Shown one piece after another: positions 28,601-34,454 of a DNA stretch of 34,454 bases. The stretch spans positions 1 to 34,454 of the forward strand of contig JBAXLL010000001.1 in assembly GCA_037134835.1 (NCBI GenBank), given 5' to 3'. The translations under genes were made by a program, and so were the position numbers. The notes beneath the pieces are model-generated. The model saw nothing but the letters and a program-made list of their open reading frames with translations, was not told where the DNA came from and searched no databases. The DNA is from Verrucomicrobiota bacterium (GTDB lineage: Bacteria; Verrucomicrobiota; Verrucomicrobiia; Opitutales; Opitutaceae). Each line of letters starts with the position of its first letter. Positions within the stretch are counted from its first letter, which is position 1.

Positions 28601-30333
28601 GAGCTATAAAACCTTGCCTGCACCAGTTGCGGGGCGACGTGAGCCAAAATGGGAACGCTGTTGGACGCCTGCGGCTCCTGATCCATCCCAATGGAGGGGA
28701 TCTGAGAGGTGCCAATCTGGGCAATCATGCTGGCGTTCGGCGTCGGCCTAAGCTGTTTCGAGATGTCATACCAGCTTTTCAAAATATCCCAAGAAGGCAA
28801 GGCCAGTCCCGAGCCGGAGATCATCAGATTATAGGGCGAAACATCCTTGGCATCTAGCGAGAGGGCGGGATCTCGGAGCGCAGGATCAATCCACAGGCTT
28901 CGAGCCAGCCCGTTGGGCAAAGAGTTCTGCACCCGAAAGGAAGGCAGGATGCCGAGGCTTCTGAGCCGCTCATTATAAAACGGGCTAAAATTGGGCACAG
29001 CCACCTGGTCGGCGTTGAAGGTGGGACGCATGCTCTCTGTCCCATCGTCTAACAGGGAAGTAAGGTCAATTTTCAAGCCCCCGCGCAGCGTGTCGGTGAG
29101 CAGTCCGTAAGAAGAAACCGTGAGGTTGTGAAAATTGCTCCGAATGATGGCGTCGGCTGTCGTGTAAGTGTTGGGCCGGGGATCCAGAAACCGCAGTTGC
29201 TGGAGCGACTGGACATTGGGGATGAGCGTGGTGGTGAAGGTGGTGCTGGCGGGAGCAGTCGAGGAGGTGTTAACGGGATAAGAAATGCTCGTCGCGGTAT
29301 TCCCACCCCCGGAAATGGAGTCGGTAAATCCCGGCACCAGCTCAATGCCATTCCGCAACGCGACCTGAATCCGCAACCTGGCGCGGGCGCTCGAAACACT
29401 ATTCGTCTCCGCCATGGCGTTGAATCCATCATTGGGATCCCGGAGATTGGCCTTGGCCTTCACCCCTTCATCCAACACCGCATAGCCAAACCGGCCGCTG
29501 AGCTTGCCGGTAGCACTGTTGCCAAGTCCAGGAATCATGGCTGAACTGACGGTGATGGACACCAACGGGACCGCCACATAGGTATCTGGCTGGCCCGGCA
29601 AGGTACTGGCCGTGCTCCAACTCGCTGTGCCTGGCCCCACGAGTATGACACCCTGCTTGCCATTGATGGTCACATTGGGACTGAGTGCGGTCGAAGTCGT
29701 GGTCACACCTTGAATCGTGCTGTCCGGGGTGTATGGCATCGTTGAAGCGGATGTCGCCGATATAATTCGGCCTGCACCAAAGGTGGAGGTGGTAAAGTTG
29801 ACCCCCTCATTGCCGCTCACCAACCAAGTGAGAAGAATGGGAGTGGGAGATTTGATGTAGCTGTCATCTGCCACATCTAAATTGCCCAAAACACCCGTCC
29901 AGAAACGGCTGCCCGCCTGGAGGTGCTGGGGCAACCCTGCCGTGGTCTCGTTTTTACCTTCTTTGACATAACTGTTCGTGACCGTATGCGCGAATGTATT
30001 CCGACCCTTCCCGGGTAGGGGAATGTTCAGGCCATTGGCCAAGAGGGTGGAATCGGCAAATTCAGCCTGGATGGTAATCCTCTGATCGTGACCGGCAAAT
30101 TTTTCCAACTGACCGATGGCAGTCTGCAGGCCCACGAGCGCGTTTTGCTGCGCCTGAATCTGCGCCGTGCCGCTATCGGCAATCTGGCCGCCAGTGCGGA
30201 TCAGAAACGTGAGCGAGAGCAGCAGAACGACGAGGAAGGCCGTCAACGTCAGGCTGACGATCAAGACGAAGCCACGCGATTTTACAGGCCGGCGGCCGGC
30301 AGGAGCCGAGAGAGGGGGATAGCGGTTGGTCAT
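25684..30333 (-). CDS. Giant (1549-aa) GspK-like minor pseudopilin / putative fibre-tip protein (candidate 'Verru_Chthon cassette protein A')
   Basis: The N-terminus ...RRPVKSRGFVLIVSLTLTAFLVVLLLSL is pilin-like with no Glu at +5, as in GspK. The last ~350 aa carry GspK/helix-hairpin-helix-like motifs: FNINSTSIEAWSAVLGGL, RRLTDAQIVALATTLVQEIRLRGPFPSLASFINRG and LSARSDTFVIRAYGDAV...ARAWLEAVVQR. The ~1150 aa between them are Ser/Thr/Asn/Gly/Pro-rich with no domain I recognise. It is the last gene of the cassette. Confidence 0.8.
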   Translation of the reverse strand: MTNRYPPLSAPAGRRPVKSRGFVLIVSLTLTAFLVVLLLSLTFLIRTGGQIADSGTAQIQAQQNALVGLQTAIGQLEKFAGHDQRITIQAEFADSTLLANGLNIPLPGKGRNTFAHTVTNSYVKEGKNETTAGLPQHLQAGSRFWTGVLGNLDVADDSYIKSPTPILLTWLVSGNEGVNFTTSTFGAGRIISATSASTMPYTPDSTIQGVTTTSTALSPNVTINGKQGVILVGPGTASWSTASTLPGQPDTYVAVPLVSITVSSAMIPGLGNSATGKLSGRFGYAVLDEGVKAKANLRDPNDGFNAMAETNSVSSARARLRIQVALRNGIELVPGFTDSISGGGNTATSISYPVNTSSTAPASTTFTTTLIPNVQSLQQLRFLDPRPNTYTTADAIIRSNFHNLTVSSYGLLTDTLRGGLKIDLTSLLDDGTESMRPTFNADQVAVPNFSPFYNERLRSLGILPSFRVQNSLPNGLARSLWIDPALRDPALSLDAKDVSPYNLMISGSGLALPSWDILKSWYDISKQLRPTPNASMIAQIGTSQIPSIGMDQEPQASNSVPILAHVAPQLVQARFYSSAIFAPPEVKMEPDPNSTLENPLPSIKTWTMTYSYDIRLAFAVGNPYNAALTFPKGLEFVWVNPGYPKLREPGPGIRSVWNPNRVNIDASFTDPRGGNARVSMPIFLNGQYSQGNTVSNSWMSKRTYINGLDPLPQIEPEKPSGLTGFIYYADRETNGGQPITIPAGGVLGFQLDPSTPAQTFADTTHKKYLRLITATIGAPNIITSHFILSSIGAGIVDGVDREKLVFTVSTEMTEVTVTNSLNKGAASSIYLRDYNDRKIDKGHQVYSSIINAEWADAVFAPRGTTTKIREGVGSVAGGNIGGFMSELQLPAPLLPFSITISYLGRIFNDYYKVNQGIGVPETVDAATGAYRTFADYNLQAQYHPLPWVSTPVLGLGPVPPYKSGYLDATGGPGATGSLAAVGRGLDRMLNNWPPAWGPNSQYTSTTSDNTNFNSSLSGSINYSTMLFDLPRRSSELDMPVLSIGFLQHANLTADDQYPFVGHQPGNAVGNSWFHPLVTRTMTKQIRPNIWYANAATITETTSNGLTGTNYFDMSYLLNTALWDRFYFAGIPQLKQAKGGTGRSANPRLVYGAGVTPTDEQLALYDRPSDIPANASAPDAFNSSLHIPKEYVPARYLMVDGAFNINSTSIEAWSAVLGGLRNRSASGMNSQTNIQDATTRVTGKGTSYPRTLWQSRYTAGEKETTHTFSSYAGYRRLTDAQIVALATTLVQEIRLRGPFPSLASFINRGGITGTTSAIKDLVMKGLEGNFEMEKGYLGNEKNTVEVAGALQMAIDRAGINITTDPNQIFKDVYTGSHSIAITSRPNERMGGDGAQSGIPTSKTDSTPFADVLPNATISLSVTTVTAPGEGVALSRSTGIPGWLTQADILQAIGPNLSARSDTFVIRAYGDAVDPLNANPDKVDQVRDIKARAWLEAVVQRFPDYIDPRDPASVHPSGEQSIPESHIEPVNQVYGRRFRIVSFRWLTQDEI

Positions 30334-30421
30334 GGTCCGTACGAGGTTGGGAGGGGCTTCGAAACGTTCAAAAAATACTCACAGGCGCAGCAAATTCAAC
30401 TCAGGAAACGCGAAAGGCCAT

Positions 30422-31858
30422 TCATGGCTGGACACCGGGCAGGGCGATGCGCCGGGTGAAGATATGCGAATGTTCCAAAGCAATCCGCCACCAGAAAGCC
30501 TTGGTGGTCTCCGTGTTCTCCCTTTGTGGAGCAGTGACCCCAATCGCAGGATTTTCCAAAGCGTCAATCAGGCGAGCTCCCTCTGCATCCAGAATCCGGA
30601 GAAAAACATCCACGTAAACGGGTGTACAAGGCCGGTCGGGCTCCTTCCCGGTATTGCCCGTGGCACGGTACGCGAATCCGTAAGTCATGTTCTTGACTGA
30701 CGCATATGGCCCGGTCCATCCAATGCCAGACACAGGTTGGATGCCTGGATATGGGATCCCTAGGTCATCCCGACGGGTGAAACCGTCCTCGGTACTGATC
30801 GCAAATCCAGTATTGGGAGTTGAAGTCGGATTAAGGGAGGAGGGGAAAAGCAACACATCCATCGGGTGGCCGCCGTTTGCGGGATCAGTCGTCCGCCCCC
30901 AGACCAGCACGCCAAAATCTATCACGTTTTCCGCAATGACCTGGTTGATGTTAGGCTGGCGAAGGGTGCCCGCGTCATTCAGGATTCGGCCGCCCTTGTC
31001 TGGGTCGTTGTAGATGCTCGCCAGACCGGTATGAACAGCGCCGGTTGAAAGGGTGCTGGTCGCAAAGACCTGAAATAAATCATACCCGGCGCCATAAGTG
31101 GACCGATTCCGCTGCAACGCGTCTTTGCTGTCAGCCGAGGGGCGCACCGTCGAGCGCATGAGATAATAACGATATGAGTCGTTGCTCTCACCATTTTTCA
31201 TGCGCACAATCTGGTAGCCGACCGCATGAGGCACCGATGCATTGATGGGATCAGCATCCTTTTTTTGCGATTCGATGGTAAAAAACCGCAGCCACACCCC
31301 GGCCTGCCCGAAGCGAAAGCGCGACAAATCCACCACATTGGTCTTCTTATCGAGGCTTGGTCTGGCAAGCGTTGGATCCGGGACAATCAGATCGCTTGAC
31401 GTGGCCGAGTGTGGCGGTTCGTAGGGGGGCAAAACCAACGACGAGCCCTCAACTTCCTTGTTCACCCCGGGATCCCCTTGGCCCGACGGCTTGATGGTGC
31501 CGTTTCCCTTCGATTTCCAAAAAGTGTAATCCAGCAAGCGAGCAGTGCCATTCGGACTTTCGGTCAACCCTTGGGTGTCGCCCTTGCCCTCTTGATCCGG
31601 CTGCACCGTAGCCGCCAGCCAGACTCGTCCATCCCGCCGTATCACCGCCGAACCCAGATCGCGATCCAAGTTTTCCAGCACGAGAGAGGCTTGGTTTTCA
31701 GTGGTGATGACGCCCACCGCCCGGTTCACCTGCTTCAGACTGTTCGTGGTGAAGCCGAGAAAAAAACTCACCATCAACAACGTAATGGCCAGCGCCACCA
31801 TCAGTTCGACCAACGTGAACGCACGCAGGGCAGGGAAATTGGAGGTTCGTCGAGTCAT
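30422..31858 (-). CDS. Large (478-aa) GspJ-position pseudopilin with a prepilin-type N-terminal cleavage/methylation motif
   Basis: MTRRTSNFPALRA|FTLVELMVALAITLLMVSFFLG has F+1 and E+5, with Ala rather than Gly at -1. Its ATG overlaps the upstream stop as ATGA (31855-31858). Confidence 0.8.
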   Translation of the reverse strand: MTRRTSNFPALRAFTLVELMVALAITLLMVSFFLGFTTNSLKQVNRAVGVITTENQASLVLENLDRDLGSAVIRRDGRVWLAATVQPDQEGKGDTQGLTESPNGTARLLDYTFWKSKGNGTIKPSGQGDPGVNKEVEGSSLVLPPYEPPHSATSSDLIVPDPTLARPSLDKKTNVVDLSRFRFGQAGVWLRFFTIESQKKDADPINASVPHAVGYQIVRMKNGESNDSYRYYLMRSTVRPSADSKDALQRNRSTYGAGYDLFQVFATSTLSTGAVHTGLASIYNDPDKGGRILNDAGTLRQPNINQVIAENVIDFGVLVWGRTTDPANGGHPMDVLLFPSSLNPTSTPNTGFAISTEDGFTRRDDLGIPYPGIQPVSGIGWTGPYASVKNMTYGFAYRATGNTGKEPDRPCTPVYVDVFLRILDAEGARLIDALENPAIGVTAPQRENTETTKAFWWRIALEHSHIFTRRIALPGVQP

Positions 31859-32511
31859 CGGGCCAAGGCGTAATTATAAATAAATGCACTCCGCTGGCTT
31901 CGCTCCACCGGAAGACCGGTGTTCGCATCATGCGCCGGCCATGAAATCCTTACGACGAACTGGACCGAAGCGGCCTCACGCAGCTTGATGGGGTCGGTTT
32001 CTCCGCTAGGGGAGTCTCGCGAGGCACTGTCATCAAAGCCCCGCACCAGCATGACCTCAAAGTATTTTTGCTTGTCCGATACAGGATCGTTTCTGGCACC
32101 CCAGATCGGATCGATATAAGTCCCGATCTTATCTCCCAATTTACTGACATAAAGTAATTTAACGTCGGTGTTTTTGATATTCGTATCGTCGGGGGATTGT
32201 GCCTTGCCGAACAAGAGTCCGGTTGCACCCACCGAGGGGGGATCGCCTTCGGCTGCGCCCTGCACCACGCGGTAGCCAAAGCTGTCCAACTTTGTGTTAA
32301 TGGTAGATACGATGCGCTTGGCAAGTGCATGATCCAAGACGGCGGTTTCCGCCTGGGTGCTATTGCTCATCATCACGATGGCCATGATCACCGCGACCGT
32401 AAAAATGCCAAGGGAGACCAGCACCTCGATGATGGTAAAACCACATGGAACGGGACGCCGGGGCAGGTGTGAAGCAGGCTTAGCGGGTAGTAGGGAAGTC
32501 ATACACATCAT
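31855..32511 (-). CDS. GspI-position pseudopilin (218 aa) with a canonical prepilin motif
   Basis: ...RRPVPCG|FTIIEVLVSLGIFTVAVIMAIVMM. Three candidate ATGs exist (32511, 32508, 32502). All overlap the upstream gene end (stop at 32480-32482). Confidence 0.8.
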   Translation of the reverse strand: MMCMTSLLPAKPASHLPRRPVPCGFTIIEVLVSLGIFTVAVIMAIVMMSNSTQAETAVLDHALAKRIVSTINTKLDSFGYRVVQGAAEGDPPSVGATGLLFGKAQSPDDTNIKNTDVKLLYVSKLGDKIGTYIDPIWGARNDPVSDKQKYFEVMLVRGFDDSASRDSPSGETDPIKLREAASVQFVVRISWPAHDANTGLPVERSQRSAFIYNYALAR

Positions 32512-33325
32512 TCAAAAGGACGGGGTTGCCATACTGCGTAATCCTCACGCCACGAACATTCTGCGGGTTGGTGAAGATCATGGGATCGCCGGAATTGGAT
32601 GCTGTGTCGCGCATGGCTTCGGAGAGCACGATCAGATCAGGCGTGTCACCCGAATTCACGTTGCCGAATGAATTAAACTCGATATAAAAATAGCGCCCAA
32701 CCTTCTCGTCCACGGTCATTTGCGTTTCGGTGGGGGCCACCGCCGCTCCGCTGGAGGGTTTGCTGGTGGTGGTATTGCTCATCGAGTTGAACTGGGAGAG
32801 CCGGGTCTTACCCGCCGGCCAGCTTCCCTCCCATACGCGCGGGATCTTGGTGGGCGGCACGACATAAATCCCTTGGGGAAAGACGAGCGGGCTACCCACG
32901 GTTTTCCATCGAGGGGAAGCGGGGCTCAATGGATCCAGTACGACCACCTGCATTTGCCGCAGATAAAGCGCCTTCTCGCTGTCGGTGCCAGCGTTGGCGA
33001 AAACGATCAGCCGTGAGGCACCAACACTGCTCGTGTTCAAGTTGACCGTACTGACCCGCGCCTGCAAACGAGCCAGATTTACCAGTGCGGCTACCTCGGC
33101 TTGGACGACTTTGAGGTTGGTTCCTGGATGGTTCATGCGGGCATAGCTGAACAGGCCCATTCCGATCACCATGATGCTCATGACCACCAGCAGCTCAACG
33201 ACGGTATAAGCCCCGTGTGCAGCTTGGACCCGCGCCCCACGCCCGACCCTCCCGATCACGCCGGAGCCCATCGCGGAGAACCGATCACGCGAGAAAAACG
33301 AGTGCGCTGAAACAAGAGGAATCAT
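32480..33325 (-). CDS. GspH-position pseudopilin (~281 aa) with a non-canonical prepilin motif
   Basis: ...RVQAAHGA|YTVVELLVVMSIMVIGMGLFS places E at +5 only if cleavage follows Ala. I chose the ATG at 33325, which overlaps the upstream stop as TAATG. The track ORF starts 21 nt upstream (33346). Met at 33271 is another option. Confidence 0.75.
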   Translation of the reverse strand: MIPLVSAHSFFSRDRFSAMGSGVIGRVGRGARVQAAHGAYTVVELLVVMSIMVIGMGLFSYARMNHPGTNLKVVQAEVAALVNLARLQARVSTVNLNTSSVGASRLIVFANAGTDSEKALYLRQMQVVVLDPLSPASPRWKTVGSPLVFPQGIYVVPPTKIPRVWEGSWPAGKTRLSQFNSMSNTTTSKPSSGAAVAPTETQMTVDEKVGRYFYIEFNSFGNVNSGDTPDLIVLSEAMRDTASNSGDPMIFTNPQNVRGVRITQYGNPVLLNDVYDFPTTR

Positions 33326-34029
33326 TATTTCGGGTCCAGATCCCAATTTGTCACCGCTGCTTTGGACTCAACGACCGTGCCATGGGGGTTGCCGGCGCCG
33401 GCCGAATAAAAAAGTACCCCGGCGCGCAGTCCTTTCACTGGGATATCACCGTTCGCCATCGGATCATAGGTGCCTCCAAATTGATCCGCAACTGCTGGAT
33501 AAGTATTGCTATCCACCGTGTTAATAAATCCGTCTAAATTTTTATCCAAGAGCACAGCAATTACTGTGTTTCCGAAGGCATCCATGAGCAACGGTTTCTT
33601 CTCGTCATCTCTGGAGATTTCATTGCCCGCAAACGTGTAGAAAGACAGCAGCCGACTGTTACCGTAGAGGTCAGAGGCTTTTGCCTTTGCTTGGCGCAAA
33701 TCGCTTGAATTTCCATCTGCATGCCGCCCTGTCAGGGCAACCGCAAATCGGTCCGTCGAGATGACATTGGGTGGGGTGGTATCTTTCGTGGAACTACCCC
33801 AAAGAATCGGATAAGATCCATATTCTGCCCGAAACATTTCCATCGCCGTGCCCCATTGGCTAAACTGGGCCTTCGTACGGGTCCGATACGCTTTATTTTG
33901 CAGCGCGCTGGCAATAGGTATTGTGATGGACATCAAGACCGTGATACACATGACCACCGTCAAGAGTTCGATGATGGTGAAACCTCGGCGGAAGCTCCAT
34001 GGATGAGGATTATTGGATGGCAGGTTCAT
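33325..34029 (-). CDS. Second GspG-like pseudopilin (~234 aa) with an EF-hand-like calcium loop
   Basis: MNLPSNNPHPWSFRRG|FTIIELLTVVMCITVLMSI is a canonical motif. It also has FRAEYGSYP, LMDAFGNTVIAVLLDKNLDGFINTVD and a C-terminal FYSAGAGN. An alternative ATG at 34062 would add 11 aa. Confidence 0.8.
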   Translation of the reverse strand: MNLPSNNPHPWSFRRGFTIIELLTVVMCITVLMSITIPIASALQNKAYRTRTKAQFSQWGTAMEMFRAEYGSYPILWGSSTKDTTPPNVISTDRFAVALTGRHADGNSSDLRQAKAKASDLYGNSRLLSFYTFAGNEISRDDEKKPLLMDAFGNTVIAVLLDKNLDGFINTVDSNTYPAVADQFGGTYDPMANGDIPVKGLRAGVLFYSAGAGNPHGTVVESKAAVTNWDLDPK

Positions 34030-34454
34030 AAATATTATCGGCGTTTTCACCGCTACTGGCATCTTCGCTCAAGAAGCCTTTCTCATTGTACACCGTCTTG
34101 GACACCCCGTCTATTCCGTCACTCCAAAGGAGGTAGGAAGGGTTGAGCCAGCTCTGTTCCGGCACCTTGTAAACATAGTGATAGGGATTTCCCCACGAAT
34201 CCAGCAATTCGTTCGTACCCATGGTAGATTCAGTCAGTGCCTCCGGATGGCTCACATCAAAATGGCTCAGGTTGGCCAGCAGGGTTTTGCCAGGCGGATC
34301 CACCTTGTCACGCTTCGGACCCATCTTGCCGGTCAACGCATCAAAGAGCTCTTTTGCCTTCTCCGTCTGGGGGTAGTCCCCATATTGCAATTTGTACAGG
34401 GTCAAAGCCTGGGCGATGCCAGCGAGCTGACTGCGTGTCCGCGCCACCAGAGCC
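34010..34454 (-). CDS. GspG-type major pseudopilin; 5' end (N-terminal helix) lies beyond the right window edge
   Basis: The open frame continues to the window edge (...ALVARTRSQLAGIAQALTLYKLQYGDYPQTEKA...). The C-terminal LLDSWGNPYHYVYKVP...YLLWSDGIDG resembles the GspG signature DPWGNPY...S.G.DG. Confidence 0.8.
   Translation of the reverse strand, partial: ALVARTRSQLAGIAQALTLYKLQYGDYPQTEKAKELFDALTGKMGPKRDKVDPPGKTLLANLSHFDVSHPEALTESTMGTNELLDSWGNPYHYVYKVPEQSWLNPSYLLWSDGIDGVSKTVYNEKGFLSEDASSGENADNIYEPAIQ

Noticed and set aside
25684-34454. Pseudopilin cassette as a mobile genomic island.
   Set aside because: No integrase, transposase, flanking tRNA or direct repeats are visible. The right boundary is outside the window, and the composition shift alone is insufficient evidence.

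Overview
High-GC bacterial chromosomal window. I guess Verrucomicrobiota from the right-hand cassette, but this is unverified. There are three blocks. (1) 1-6.0 kb holds housekeeping or accessory genes: a partial DUF255/YyaL-type thioredoxin-domain protein (-), a SulP-STAS-cNMP anion transporter (+) and an ABC-F ATPase (+). (2) 6.1-25.5 kb is one uninterrupted minus-strand str/S10/spc/alpha ribosomal super-operon: rpsL-rpsG-fusA-rpsJ-rplC-rplD-rplW-rplB-rpsS-[small secreted ORF]-rplV-rpsC-rplP-rpmC-rpsQ-rplN-rplX-rplE-rpsN-rpsH-rplF-rplR-rpsE-rplO-secY-[degenerate adk-like]-map-rpsM-rpsK-rpsD-rpoA-rplQ. tuf, rpmD, infA and rpmJ are absent from their usual slots. Most leaders are G-depleted and lack a Shine-Dalgarno motif. 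(3) 25.7-34.5 kb is a minus-strand, translationally coupled cassette of six pseudopilin-type genes in gspG-(G2)-H-I-J-K order. All are strongly oversized, and the last is a 1549-aa GspK-like giant. A strong intrinsic terminator closes the cassette just upstream of rpsL. This cassette is the best candidate for an uncharacterised system. From memory it resembles the function-unknown 'Verru_Chthon cassette' families. I found no rRNA, tRNA, CRISPR array, transposase or integrase. Many long ORFs in the supplied track are high-GC shadow frames.
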